31,755 nt of DNA from an uncultured Bacteroidales bacterium (GCA_964399905.1 CAYNTB010000001.1:1-31755), one strand, 5' to 3'; counted from the first letter of the stretch, positions 8,658 to 18,557 are shown. Program-made: numbers and translations. Notes: generated by a model from the letters alone, not told the origin.

Positions 8658-9647
8658 TTATTTGGCAGCGGAACAGCTATTGGGTGTAAGGTGGTATTTT
8701 TTCATTTTATCCCTGAATGTTGAAAGGCTCATTTTGAGGGATCTGGCGGCATCTGATTGGTTTCCTTTTGTGACCTTTAAAGTTTCACAAATCATGTGAC
8801 TCTCAACACAATTTACCACCTCATTAAAATCCAATTCTCCATTATTAAAGCAATTATGACAAGATTTTATTAAAGTTTCGGCTCGGTCATTTTGATTTAT
8901 CTCAGCTGGTAAATCGTGGCTATCTATATTTTTATCGGCAAATACAGAAATCCGGTGAATGACATTTCTCAATTCGCGAACATTGCCCGGCCAATCATAG
9001 CTGATTAATTTTCGCATAGCATCCAAACTTATATGTAATTGTTTTTGAGGGGCAAAACGTTTTAAAAAATGTTCAGCTAATAAAGGAATATCATCTCTAC
9101 GTTCCCTTAAGGGAGGAATTTCAATGGGAACAACATTGATCCGGTAATACAGATCATCCCTGAACCGCTTTTCACTTACCATCTTTCTCAAGTCAACTTT
9201 TGAGGCAGTGATTAAACGGATATCTATGGGAATCGAACGTGTACCCCCAAGTTTCATGATCTCACGGGTTTCGAGCACCCTCAATAACTTGGACTGAATA
9301 TCCAGTGAAACATCATCAATATCATCAAAGAAAAAGCTCCCTGTATTTGCCAGTTCGAACAATCCCATTTTATCATGAATTGCACTGGTAAAAGAACCCT
9401 TTTCATGTCCAAATAATTCGCTGGCAAGCAATTCAGTAGGCATCGCAGATAACCCAATTTTTACAAAGGGGTTTTGGCTTCGATTACTGATCTGATGAAT
9501 ATATTCTGCAAATATTTCCTTACCAACACCAGTTTCGCCAATAAGCAATATTGAAGTATCAGAATCTGCAATTTTATTAATGCGGTTGATAATCAATCGC
9601 ATTTGTTCATTGGCCGTAATGATAGAAATCGGTAGTTTCCCAGTCAT
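8658..9647 (-). CDS. Sigma54-interacting (bEBP) AAA+/Fis-HTH transcriptional regulator lacking an N-terminal sensory domain
   Basis: Walker A GETGVGKE, ELFGHEKGSFTSA (GAFTGA-like), FRDDLYYRINV, WPGNVRELRN, C-terminal HTH GNQSDAARSLKMS. The AAA+ domain starts about 8 residues after Met1. Confidence 0.9.
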   Translation of the reverse strand: MTGKLPISIITANEQMRLIINRINKIADSDTSILLIGETGVGKEIFAEYIHQISNRSQNPFVKIGLSAMPTELLASELFGHEKGSFTSAIHDKMGLFELANTGSFFFDDIDDVSLDIQSKLLRVLETREIMKLGGTRSIPIDIRLITASKVDLRKMVSEKRFRDDLYYRINVVPIEIPPLRERRDDIPLLAEHFLKRFAPQKQLHISLDAMRKLISYDWPGNVRELRNVIHRISVFADKNIDSHDLPAEINQNDRAETLIKSCHNCFNNGELDFNEVVNCVESHMICETLKVTKGNQSDAARSLKMSLSTFRDKMKKYHLTPNSCSAAK

Positions 9648-9674
9648 TTTTTAAGGTTTTAAGAAAAGAGCAAT

Positions 9675-9905
9675 TTAAATATCGCCCATTTCCTTTAAGG
9701 CTTTGATGGTATCCAGGGCATCCTGTTTGTCAACAAGGCTAAGGGCTGTTCCAACATGTACCAGAACATAGTCGCCTACTTTGGCTTCGGGCAACCATTC
9801 CATACAAACATCTGTTATAGCCCCTCCAAAATCAACTTTCCCCATTTTAATATCCGGATTACTCTTATCAAACGATAGTATTTTTGCAGGTACAGCAAGG
9901 CACAT
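9675..9905 (-). CDS. hypC: Hydrogenase maturation chaperone HypC/HupF
   Basis: MCLAVP N-terminus and VGDYVLVHVG motif, 76 aa. Confidence 0.96.
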   Translation of the reverse strand: MCLAVPAKILSFDKSNPDIKMGKVDFGGAITDVCMEWLPEAKVGDYVLVHVGTALSLVDKQDALDTIKALKEMGDI

Positions 9906-10002
9906 AATAGTTAATTTAGTTATATATATCTATGTATATATTTAGTTAGGCAGGATAAATATAGTACAAAAATTCTTTGAACACAATATTAAAATTTAAA
10001 AT

Positions 10003-10010
10003 TAACTTTG
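10003..10010 (+). promoter_or_regulatory. Bacteroidota housekeeping -7 promoter element for hypA
   Basis: TAACTTTG matches TAnnTTTG, 23 nt upstream of the hypA ATG. Confidence 0.55.
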
Positions 10011-10033
10011 ACATTTTAAAATCCGTTTAGCAG

Positions 10034-10375
10034 ATGCATGAATTATCCATTGCCTACAGCATTATAGATATTGTAAATGAAGAAGCTCAAAAAGCCAATT
10101 CATCCAAAGTTTCAGAAATTGAACTGGAAGTCGGAAGTTTATCAGGCGTTGAGGTTGACGCATTGGAATTTGCCATGGAAGCTGCAAAAAAAGATACGAT
10201 TATTGAAGCTGCTGAAATAAAAATCTTACTAAAACCAGCTATTGCAAAGTGTAAAAAATGCACTACTGAATTTTCAGCGACTTCATTATTTGATCCATGC
10301 CCGCAATGTGGCGGGTTTGAAAACGAAATTATACAAGGCCAGGAAATGCGCGTAAAATCACTTGTGGTTGAATAA
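10034..10375 (+). CDS. hypA: Hydrogenase nickel metallochaperone HypA
   Basis: MHELSIA nickel motif, two CxxC motifs (CKKC, CPQC), 113 aa. Confidence 0.96.
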   Translation: MHELSIAYSIIDIVNEEAQKANSSKVSEIELEVGSLSGVEVDALEFAMEAAKKDTIIEAAEIKILLKPAIAKCKKCTTEFSATSLFDPCPQCGGFENEIIQGQEMRVKSLVVE

Positions 10376-10377
10376 AA

Positions 10378-10854
10378 TCAGGATACTTTTGCCAAGATTG
10401 ATTTTACCAGTTTAGCGATCTCAGGCAAAGAATTTTCAACATTTTCAGATAGCGTCATCCGAACTTCGCTAATATCTTTCACTGTAACAGTAATCAAATA
10501 AATTTTGGGCATATGCCCCAGAAGTGTGGCTGTTTCAACCAGGTCTTTTAGCCCGATATCGTGAGAACTCATGGCCTTTGGGAAATCAGAGGCAAACTTT
10601 GGCTCTATTAAACTAATGCTACCTTCTTCTTTCGAATCGATGGTGGCATCAATCATAATCAGTGTTTTATAATCTTCCATTACCGATAGCATATGGAAGC
10701 CCCCTGTTCCTCCATCCAATAATTCTGTATTTGCAGGCAATTCCTGAGTTTCTAAATACCTAACAGCATGTATCCCAACACCTTCGTCCCCAAGGATTAC
10801 ATTTCCTACACCCAGTATTAATATCTTTTCAGCAGTTTTGTTAGCGTTTTTCAC
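10378..10854 (-). CDS. hyaD: Hydrogenase maturation endopeptidase (HyaD/HybD family)
   Basis: ILGVGNVILGDEGVG, DGGTGG, IDA and SSHD motifs. GTG start. Confidence 0.92.
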   Translation of the reverse strand: MKNANKTAEKILILGVGNVILGDEGVGIHAVRYLETQELPANTELLDGGTGGFHMLSVMEDYKTLIMIDATIDSKEEGSISLIEPKFASDFPKAMSSHDIGLKDLVETATLLGHMPKIYLITVTVKDISEVRMTLSENVENSLPEIAKLVKSILAKVS

Positions 10855-10877
10855 AAGTTTGGTTTTAAGTCTGAGCG

Positions 10878-10885
10878 CAAGTTTA
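10878..10885 (-). promoter_or_regulatory. Probable -7 promoter element for hyaD
   Basis: The minus strand reads TAAACTTGCG, one mismatch to TAnnTTTG, in the 54-nt metF-hyaD gap. Confidence 0.4.
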
Positions 10886-10908
10886 TAAATAATTTTTAAG
10901 ATCTGAAA

Positions 10909-11865
10909 TTAAAATATCTCTTTTGCTATGGCTTTAATATTGTCGGAGATACCAATTGTAAAATAATGGATGGCAGGCACTCCGAACTTTGCCAATTCTT
11001 TTGATTGTTCAATGCTCCATTCAATCCCGACCTGAAATGCCTGCTTATCATCCTTGCACCTGTTAATTTCTTTTACGAGTGTATCAGGAATATCAATATT
11101 AAAAACCTTAGGAAGATGCGCTAAATCCTTACGCGTGGTAATTGGTTTTAAACCGGGTATAATTGGAACCTGAATCCCGTTTGCCCTGCATTTCTTTACA
11201 AATTCAAAATATTTCTGGTTATCAAAAAACATTTGGGTTACGATATAATCCGCCCCTGCATCCACTTTTTCTTTCAAATATTGTAAATCGTTCTCCATAT
11301 TGGGGGCCTCGACGTGCTTTTCGGGGTAACCAGCCACCCCGATTGAAAAATCTGTGGTTGTTTTATTTTCCAGATGTTCATCAAGATAACGACCATGGTT
11401 CATATTCATAATTTGCTTCACAAGATCTGAGGCATAGGCATGTCCATCTTCTTCTGCATGGAAATATTTATCTCCCTTTAAGGGGTCACCACGTAAAACC
11501 AACAAATCTTTAATTCCCAAAAAATGAAGATCGATCAAAGCATATTCTGTGGCGTCTTTTGTAAATCCGCCACAGATGATATGTGGAACTACATGAACAT
11601 CAGGGTATTTGTACTTTATGGCTGCTGATATTGCAACCGTTCCCGGACGTTTCCTGATTGTTTGTCGCTTGAGCAAGCCACCAGGCAATTTTTTATATAC
11701 GGTTTCTTCCTGATGATATGTAATGTTGATATTCAACGGATTAAATTCAATTAAATTATCAATGGTGTGATAAATAGAGTCAATATTGTGGCCCTTTAAG
11801 GGAGGCAATAATTCGAAAGAAAAATAAGGACGTTCAGCCCTTGCAAAATGCTCAATAACCTTCAT
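10909..11865 (-). CDS. metF: 5,10-methylenetetrahydrofolate reductase
   Basis: FSFELLPP, VPHIICG, LRGDP, AGYPEKH, LKEKVDAGADYIVTQMFFD motifs. Directly downstream of metH. Confidence 0.95.
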   Translation of the reverse strand: MKVIEHFARAERPYFSFELLPPLKGHNIDSIYHTIDNLIEFNPLNINITYHQEETVYKKLPGGLLKRQTIRKRPGTVAISAAIKYKYPDVHVVPHIICGGFTKDATEYALIDLHFLGIKDLLVLRGDPLKGDKYFHAEEDGHAYASDLVKQIMNMNHGRYLDEHLENKTTTDFSIGVAGYPEKHVEAPNMENDLQYLKEKVDAGADYIVTQMFFDNQKYFEFVKKCRANGIQVPIIPGLKPITTRKDLAHLPKVFNIDIPDTLVKEINRCKDDKQAFQVGIEWSIEQSKELAKFGVPAIHYFTIGISDNIKAIAKEIF

Positions 11866-11871
11866 GATAGT

Positions 11872-14800
11872 CTATTTATAATTTAAATTGTTATTTAATA
11901 ATTTTTCAACTGCTGATAGTGACAATTTTTTGCGACGGGCATAATCCGCTACCTGATCGCGACCCATTTTCCCAATATTAAAATACTGGGATTCAGGATG
12001 TGAGAAATAATAACCACTCACCGATGCGGCCGGATACATGGCAAAATTCTCTGTCAACTTAATTTGCAAATGCTGCTCAGCTTTAAGTAATCTGAAAAGT
12101 GTTTTCTTCTCAGAATGCTCAGGACAGGCCGGATATCCGGGAGCAGGACGGATGCCCTGATATTCTTCCTTTAGAATATTTTTTATTTCTAATGATTCTG
12201 TCGGTTGATAGCCCCATTCAAATTTCCTAACTCTTTCGTGCATCAATTCTGCAAAAGATTCAGCTAAGCGATCAGCCAATATCTTCAACATAATTGATTT
12301 ATAATCATCCAGTTCATCTTCAAATTTTTTCACCCATTTTTCAATGCTAATACCGCAAGTAACTGCAAATCCGCCCATATAATCAACAGTTGCCTCATTC
12401 TTAGGTCGGATAAAATCAGCCAATGACAGATTCGGCACCCCTGGCTTTTTCTCTATTTGATTTCGGAGAAAATAGAATTTTTCGATTATTTCTGAACGTT
12501 CATCATCTGAATATATTTCGATATCTTCGCATGCTGAATTGCAGGGAAATAACCCAATAACTCCTTCCGCCTGCAACATTTTTTTATCAATAATTTCATC
12601 TAAAAATACCTGTGCTTCATCAAATAATTTTTGGGCTTCTTTTCCTTTTACCGGATCGTTGAAAATATCCGGGTATTTGCCATTAATTTTCCAGGCATGG
12701 AAAAAGAAGGTCCAATCAATATATTCTCTGATCAGGGATAGATCAAAATCTTTGAACACCTTTATTCCCAGATTATTCGGCTTATAAACCTGATAGTTCC
12801 CCCAATTAATTTCAAGTTTATTCTTCCTGGCAGTTTGAAAGTCAATTATTTCTGCATCAGATTTATTATTGAATTTCTGAACCAGTTCAGAATATTCATC
12901 TTTTATTTGTTCGATGAATGTTTCTTTTTTCTCATCTGATAACAATTCGGATGTAACTGTTACAGCTTTTGATGCATCTCTAACATGTATGACAGGACCT
13001 GAATATTTTGGTGCAATTTTAACTGCGGTATGTATTTTTGAGGTGGTCGCCCCTCCGATTAATAAAGGAACTTTAAAATTTTGCCTTTGCATTTCTGAGG
13101 CTACATCCACCATTTCATCAAGTGAAGGCGTTATAAGTCCGCTAAGTCCAATAATATCAACCTGTTCATTAATGGCTGTTTGAAGTATTTTTGTTGCTGG
13201 CACCATCACTCCTAAATCAATAACTTCAAAATTGTTGCAAGCCAGTACAACCCCAACTATATTTTGCCCGATATCATGAACGTCTCCTTTAACGGTTGCT
13301 AATAATACCTTTGGTTGTTTTTTAGGCCTTAGCTCCAGGGTTTTTTCCTGTTCAATATAGGGGAGCAATTTCGCCACACCCTTTTTCATAACCCTGGCAC
13401 TTTTGACAACCTGTGGTAAAAACATTTTTCCGGAACCAAACAAATCCCCCACAACGTTCATTCCGTCCATCAGTGGTCCTTCAATCACTTCAAGTGCCCT
13501 TGAATAATTTAATCTGGCCTCTTCAACATCTTCTTCGATAAATTCTACAATTCCTTTAACAAGTGCATGCTTCAGGCGTTCAACAACCGGATATTCTCTC
13601 CAGGCATCTTTTTTTTCGATAAAATGATCCTTTCGATCCATCTGATCAGCAAATGCAATCAAACGTTCAGTTGCATCTTTTCTTCGGTTAAAAATCACGT
13701 CTTCAATAAGTTTAAGAAGATCGGGCGGAATTTCATCATAAATCTGAAGCATGCCCGGATTTACAATTCCCATATCCAGTCCTGCTTTAATTGCATGATA
13801 TAAGAATGCTGAATTCATGGCTTCACGAATGATATTATTCCCCCTGAAAGAAAATGAAAGATTGCTGATACCGCCACTTACTTTTGCATAAGGTAAATTT
13901 TCCTTGATCCATTTTGTGGCTTTAATAAAATCGATGGCATAATTATTATGAGCATCGATCCCGGTTCCAATGGTCAGTATATTGGGGTCGAAGATGATAT
14001 CTTCAGCCGGAAAATGAACTATTTTAGTGAGTATATCATAAGCACGTTTGCAAATTTCAATTTTTTGATCAAATGAAGTTGCCTGGCCGTTTTCATCAAA
14101 GGCCATCACAACCACTGCCGCTCCGTAAAGCTTTATTTTTTCGGCATGTTCAATAAAAGCTGTTTCTCCTTCCTTTAAACTAATCGAATTTACAATGGCT
14201 TTCCCCTGAATACACTTCAAACCCGATTCTATCACAGTCCATTTTGAAGAATCAATCATGATCGGCAGCCTGGCAATTTCTGGTTCTGAAGCCAACATAT
14301 TCAGGAAACGCATCATTTCCTTCTCTTCATCAAGCATGGCATCGTCCATGCTGACATCCAAAACCTGGGCACCGCCTTCTACCATATCTCGGGCAACAGA
14401 GAGGGCTTCTTCGTATTTCTGATCCCTGATCAGGCGTGCAAATTTTCTTGAACCACTCACATTGGTGCGTTCCCCAATATTAATAAAGTTGCTTCCTTTA
14501 AATATTTTTAAGGGCTCCAAACCGCTTAAATGCAGCTCTGGTTTTTTTTCAGAAGGAATATGAATATCAGCCTTCTCTGCGATTTTTGAAATTGCTTTAA
14601 TATGCGCAGGGGTGGTACCACAACAACCTCCAATTACATTCACATAGCGATTATCGACGAACTCTTTTAATTGGGCAGCCATCATTTCCGGTGATTCATC
14701 ATAGGCTCCGAACTGATTGGGCAAACCGGCATTGGGGTGGGTACTGATATAAACACTTGATTTGGCTGCCAATTCGGCCAGATAAGGTCTTAAATCCTTT

Positions 14801-15549
14801 GCCCCCAATGAACAATTTAAACCGATACTTAATAAATCGACATGTGAAACGGAATGCATAAATGCCTCAACAGTCTGACCTGAAAGGGTTCTGCCGCTGG
14901 CATCCGTAATTGTACCTGAAATCATAAGAGGTATCCGTTTTTGTTCCTCCTTCATCAATCTTTCGATGGCAAAAATGGCAGCCTTTGCATTTAAAGTATC
15001 AAAAATGGTTTCGATCAGAAAAAGATCGACTCCTCCCATTAGCAATCCCTTTGCCTGCTCAAAATATGCATTCTCCAAATCATCAAAGCTCACTGCCCGA
15101 AATCCCGGATCTTCAACTTTTGGTGACATAGAAGCAGTTTTACTGGTCGGGCCAATGGCTCCTGCAACAAATCTTGGCTTTGCCGGATTTGCTTCAGTAA
15201 ATTCATTGGCAATTTCGGCAGCTATTTTTGCTGCTGCCGTATTTATTTCCAGAACATATTCCTCCATCTGGTAATCTGCCATCGAGATGGAGTTTGCATT
15301 AAATGTATTTGTTTCAATGATATCGGCACCGGCCTCAAGGTACTCTTGATGGATTTCGCGAATTATTGCGGGTCTTGTTAAACAAAGCAGGTCGTTGTTT
15401 CCTTTTAAATCGCAAGGATGTGATTTAAATCGTTTGCTTCGGAAATGGGATTCGTTCAACTTATATTGCTGGATCATGGTTCCCATAGCTCCATCAAGCA
15501 CTAAAATCCTGCTTTTTAATTCTTTATATATATTTTTTTCAAGCCTCAT
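11872..15549 (-). CDS. metH: Cobalamin-dependent methionine synthase
   Basis: LDGAMGT, zinc-binding GGCCG, pterin domain IGERTNV, B12 motif GDVHDIG, reactivation domain [10 protein letters not shown]. 1225 aa. Confidence 0.98.
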   Translation of the reverse strand: MRLEKNIYKELKSRILVLDGAMGTMIQQYKLNESHFRSKRFKSHPCDLKGNNDLLCLTRPAIIREIHQEYLEAGADIIETNTFNANSISMADYQMEEYVLEINTAAAKIAAEIANEFTEANPAKPRFVAGAIGPTSKTASMSPKVEDPGFRAVSFDDLENAYFEQAKGLLMGGVDLFLIETIFDTLNAKAAIFAIERLMKEEQKRIPLMISGTITDASGRTLSGQTVEAFMHSVSHVDLLSIGLNCSLGAKDLRPYLAELAAKSSVYISTHPNAGLPNQFGAYDESPEMMAAQLKEFVDNRYVNVIGGCCGTTPAHIKAISKIAEKADIHIPSEKKPELHLSGLEPLKIFKGSNFINIGERTNVSGSRKFARLIRDQKYEEALSVARDMVEGGAQVLDVSMDDAMLDEEKEMMRFLNMLASEPEIARLPIMIDSSKWTVIESGLKCIQGKAIVNSISLKEGETAFIEHAEKIKLYGAAVVVMAFDENGQATSFDQKIEICKRAYDILTKIVHFPAEDIIFDPNILTIGTGIDAHNNYAIDFIKATKWIKENLPYAKVSGGISNLSFSFRGNNIIREAMNSAFLYHAIKAGLDMGIVNPGMLQIYDEIPPDLLKLIEDVIFNRRKDATERLIAFADQMDRKDHFIEKKDAWREYPVVERLKHALVKGIVEFIEEDVEEARLNYSRALEVIEGPLMDGMNVVGDLFGSGKMFLPQVVKSARVMKKGVAKLLPYIEQEKTLELRPKKQPKVLLATVKGDVHDIGQNIVGVVLACNNFEVIDLGVMVPATKILQTAINEQVDIIGLSGLITPSLDEMVDVASEMQRQNFKVPLLIGGATTSKIHTAVKIAPKYSGPVIHVRDASKAVTVTSELLSDEKKETFIEQIKDEYSELVQKFNNKSDAEIIDFQTARKNKLEINWGNYQVYKPNNLGIKVFKDFDLSLIREYIDWTFFFHAWKINGKYPDIFNDPVKGKEAQKLFDEAQVFLDEIIDKKMLQAEGVIGLFPCNSACEDIEIYSDDERSEIIEKFYFLRNQIEKKPGVPNLSLADFIRPKNEATVDYMGGFAVTCGISIEKWVKKFEDELDDYKSIMLKILADRLAESFAELMHERVRKFEWGYQPTESLEIKNILKEEYQGIRPAPGYPACPEHSEKKTLFRLLKAEQHLQIKLTENFAMYPAASVSGYYFSHPESQYFNIGKMGRDQVADYARRKKLSLSAVEKLLNNNLNYK

Positions 15550-15627
15550 ACATCATTATTTAATTTATACGGCCACAATATAACATTGTGCAAACACGGA
15601 TCATTACGTAAATAATTACAACGTGAT

Positions 15628-15663
15628 TTAATTTAAGAAATGCATTCGTGTGTTCATGATCAT
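15628..15663 (-). CDS. Candidate Met-rich leader peptide MIMNTRMHFLN
   Basis: ATG ATC ATG AAC ACA CGA ATG CAT TTC TTA AAT TAA: 3 Met in 11 codons, A at -3, located between the SAM-I aptamer and the metH start. Confidence 0.45.
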   Translation of the reverse strand: MIMNTRMHFLN

Positions 15664-15694
15664 TGTGTTTAAATTATCATTATCCACCTTTGTT

Positions 15695-15792
15695 TTTATC
15701 CTTCGGCGGATTAGGTTGTAGCACCTTTTTCCAAATTCAGGAATGGTTGCTAGAGGTTCGCAGAGCCTAATCTCTCCCCTCTTCTTTATAAA
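15695..15792 (-). ncRNA. SAM-I (S-box) riboswitch aptamer
   Basis: The minus strand reads UUUAUA-AAGAAGAGGGGAGAG-AUUAGG-CUCUGCGAACCUCU-AGCAACC-AUUCC UGAAUUU GGAA-AAAGGUGCUAC-AACCU...AGG-AUAAA. It has the P2 kink-turn-type region, the GCAACC/GGUGC P3 core and P1 UUUAU/AUAAA, and lies upstream of metH-metF. Confidence 0.88.
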
Positions 15793-15830
15793 TCAAACAC
15801 CTTATTTGAAAGGATGATTTGAATATGAGG

Positions 15831-15862
15831 CAAATGTATAGCAGATGGTATTAAAAAACAAA
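15831..15862 (-). promoter_or_regulatory. Bacteroidota housekeeping promoter of the riboswitch-metH-metF transcript
   Basis: TTTG (15862-15859), a 20-nt spacer, then TACATTTG (15838-15831). Confidence 0.7.
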
Positions 15863-15880
15863 TTATAAGTTATAATTTTA

Positions 15881-16522
15881 TCAAATGTCGGCAACATAAA
15901 CCATCAAATGGTCGCTGATCTTTAAATAATTAAGAGCGTATTTCCGTTTAATATTTCCTGTATTGATCACACCACTTACACAATCATCAGCCTGAAAGTT
16001 AAATGGTTCTATCTTTAAATTTTTTCTAAAATCGAGCTTTCCCCGGCCATACATTTTGTATAATGCTTCTTTTGCTGACCAGATAAGTATCAGTTTTTCA
16101 TTCAATTGATCTTCTGATAGATATTCTGATTCTTCATCAGAAACAAATTTATGCCTGATTTTCAATACCCTGGGATGTATTTTTTCAATATCGATGCCTA
16201 CCCTGAATTTATCGCTTAATATTACAGTAACAAACTCATTGGTATGGGATATTGATAGCTGTTGACTTCTGCCTTCAATCAATGGATTGCGATTGTCGCC
16301 ATAAGTAATTGAAAGCTTGTTGTTTTCAGAAATTTGATGAAGGATGATCCTGCTTGCCAGCCATTGCTTTTTTCGACCTTCAGCTTTAAAATTATGGTAC
16401 GCGACCAGATCCTGTTCATTCAAGTCTATCATCGCAAATAAACGATCCAGGCTCTCACTAAGCTCCCAAATCCCAATAATGGTACTATTTTCTTTATTCC
16501 TGATGGTACGAACGAGTGGCAT
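15881..16522 (-). CDS. 4'-phosphopantetheinyl transferase (Sfp-like superfamily)
   Basis: SISHT, VGIDIE and WSAKEALYK motifs. Confidence 0.9.
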   Translation of the reverse strand: MPLVRTIRNKENSTIIGIWELSESLDRLFAMIDLNEQDLVAYHNFKAEGRKKQWLASRIILHQISENNKLSITYGDNRNPLIEGRSQQLSISHTNEFVTVILSDKFRVGIDIEKIHPRVLKIRHKFVSDEESEYLSEDQLNEKLILIWSAKEALYKMYGRGKLDFRKNLKIEPFNFQADDCVSGVINTGNIKRKYALNYLKISDHLMVYVADI

Positions 16523-16574
16523 AATTCAATACAAAGAGTTTCTTATGGCATGCAAACAGAATCATAATTCTTCT

Positions 16575-16605
16575 TTTGAACTCTCAAAGATATTGATTAA
16601 TTTTG
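16575..16605 (+). promoter_or_regulatory. Bacteroidota housekeeping promoter of ahcY
   Basis: TTTG (16575-16578), a 19-nt spacer, then TAATTTTG (16598-16605). Confidence 0.7.
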
Positions 16606-16631
16606 CAGGCGCATAATGATTTACTAAATAA

Positions 16632-18053
16632 ATGAATTTGAAAATGATAGAAACTACCACCGATTATAAAGTTGCCGATATTAAATTGGCCGAATATGGA
16701 AGAAAAGAGATTGAAATTGCCGAGAAAGAGATGCCCGGTTTGATGTCGATCAGGAGAAAATATGCACAAGAAAAACCTTTAAAGGATGTAAGAATAAGTG
16801 GATCATTGCATATGACCATCCAAACAGCTGTACTTATTGAAACACTGGTTGAACTTGGGGCCGATGTAAGATGGGCGAGTTGTAATATTTTTTCCACACA
16901 GGATCATGCCGCTGCAGCCATTGCAGCTTCAGGCGTACCTGTATTTGCCTGGAAAGGCGAAACACTTGAAGAATATTGGTGGTGTACCAAACAGGCCCTT
17001 TCTTTTCCTGGAGACAAAGGCCCTCAGCTGGTTGTTGATGACGGGGGAGATGCTACTTTGCTGCTTCATAAAGGGGTAAGTATTGAAAACAATCCTCAAT
17101 TGCTCCAGAAAAAAACGTCGAACAATGAAGAAGCGGCCATTTATAAATTATTGCAAAACACCTATCTGGAAGATTCCCGAAAATGGCATAAAGCCACCGC
17201 CGATTGGAAAGGCGTATCAGAAGAAACAACAACCGGCGTCCATCGCCTATATCAGATGATGGAGAACGGAGAACTTCTGGTACCAGCCATTAACGTGAAT
17301 GATTCCGTTACTAAATCAAAATTTGATAATCTGTATGGCTGTCGGGAGTCTTTGGCCGATGGCATTAAACGAGCCACAGATGTAATGATCGCAGGCAAAG
17401 TGGTGGTTGTTTTGGGTTATGGCGATGTTGGCAAAGGTTCAGCAAAATCAATGCGTTCATATGGTGCCCGTGTAATCGTTACGGAGATTGACCCCATTTG
17501 TGCACTGCAGGCAGCCATGGAAGGTTTCCAGGTTACTACCTTAGAAGAAGCATTACCGGAAGGAAACATTTTTGTGACAACCACCGGAAACAAGGACGTT
17601 ATTACCCTGGAACATATGCAGAAAATGAACGATCAGTCAATCGTTTGCAATATCGGGCATTTCGACAATGAAATTCAGGTCGAAAAACTTGATATGGCAA
17701 CAAACGTGACGAAAGTAAATATAAAACCGCAAGTGGATAAATATACCTTCGCAAATGGAAATTCAATATATCTACTGGCAGAAGGCCGCCTTGTTAATTT
17801 AGGCTGTGCCACAGGTCACCCCTCGTTCGTAATGAGCAACTCTTTTAGCAATCAAACACTTGCTCAAATTGAACTTTGGAAAAATAATTATGAAATTGGC
17901 GTTTACAGGCTTCCTAAACATCTGGACGAAGAAGTTGCCCGTTTGCATCTCAACCAAATTGGGGTAAAATTAACCAAGATGACTCCTGAGCAGTCTGAAT
18001 ATCTGGGTGTGCCAATTGAAGGTCCCTATAAAGCTGACCATTATCGATACTAA
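16632..18053 (+). CDS. ahcY: Adenosylhomocysteinase (SAH hydrolase)
   Basis: [51 protein letters not shown] and [10 protein letters not shown] motifs. Confidence 0.98.
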   Translation: MNLKMIETTTDYKVADIKLAEYGRKEIEIAEKEMPGLMSIRRKYAQEKPLKDVRISGSLHMTIQTAVLIETLVELGADVRWASCNIFSTQDHAAAAIAASGVPVFAWKGETLEEYWWCTKQALSFPGDKGPQLVVDDGGDATLLLHKGVSIENNPQLLQKKTSNNEEAAIYKLLQNTYLEDSRKWHKATADWKGVSEETTTGVHRLYQMMENGELLVPAINVNDSVTKSKFDNLYGCRESLADGIKRATDVMIAGKVVVVLGYGDVGKGSAKSMRSYGARVIVTEIDPICALQAAMEGFQVTTLEEALPEGNIFVTTTGNKDVITLEHMQKMNDQSIVCNIGHFDNEIQVEKLDMATNVTKVNIKPQVDKYTFANGNSIYLLAEGRLVNLGCATGHPSFVMSNSFSNQTLAQIELWKNNYEIGVYRLPKHLDEEVARLHLNQIGVKLTKMTPEQSEYLGVPIEGPYKADHYRY

Positions 18054-18077
18054 AAAATGTTAGCGTTAGAATACAGG

Positions 18078-18109
18078 AAGGATGATTCGTCAAAAGATCA
18101 TCCTTTTTT
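18078..18109 (+). terminator. Intrinsic terminator after ahcY
   Basis: Stem AAGGATGAT/ATCATCCTT with a 10-nt loop followed by a T tract. It abuts the stop codon of the convergent gene. Confidence 0.7.
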
Positions 18110-18557
18110 AATTAAATACACGCAGATACAAACCATCAAAATAAGTTTGGTACTGCTTTAAAGGAAGGGTTGCCGGACCTTCAAAGGGTGAACCATCGAG
18201 TAAAATAAACTTTGACCCGCTACAAGGATCAACCGCAATGAGTCCCGAATCGTCAACACTGACACGGCAACTAAAATCGTTTGGAAAATTTACAGGTGAA
18301 GTTCGTTCAAATGCCTTATACTCATTGGTATTGGCATGATAAATAATAATCCCACGGTAACCTCCTGTAACATAGGCCCAGTTGCCAACGATATTTAAAT
18401 TATTGTATTCTATTGAATTCGGATTCATTGAAAAATTAACCAGTACGTACGGAATCAGCTCATCCACAGGATTGTCCTTTCCGCAATTTACATTAATTAA
18501 GAGTAAACCGGAAAACAATAAAATCAAACCAAATCTGTTTATTAAAGATAATTTCAT
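18108..18557 (-). CDS. Lipoprotein with a degenerate Rieske-like domain
   Basis: Signal peptide ending NVN-C, then AFERTSP...C...DPCSGSKF...DG...GPATLPLKQY, which resembles Rieske boxes 1 and 2 and the GPA..PL loop. Confidence 0.65.
   Translation of the reverse strand: MKLSLINRFGLILLFSGLLLINVNCGKDNPVDELIPYVLVNFSMNPNSIEYNNLNIVGNWAYVTGGYRGIIIYHANTNEYKAFERTSPVNFPNDFSCRVSVDDSGLIAVDPCSGSKFILLDGSPFEGPATLPLKQYQTYFDGLYLRVFN

Noticed and set aside
10378-15792. hyaD as a third gene under SAM-riboswitch control (a methionine-hydrogenase link)
   Set aside because: A promoter-like TAAACTTG element lies in the metF-hyaD gap, so independent transcription is the simpler explanation. Read-through cannot be excluded.
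15881-16522. Phosphopantetheinyl transferase as a marker of a PKS/NRPS cluster
   Set aside because: No carrier-protein or synthase genes are nearby, so a housekeeping role is more likely.
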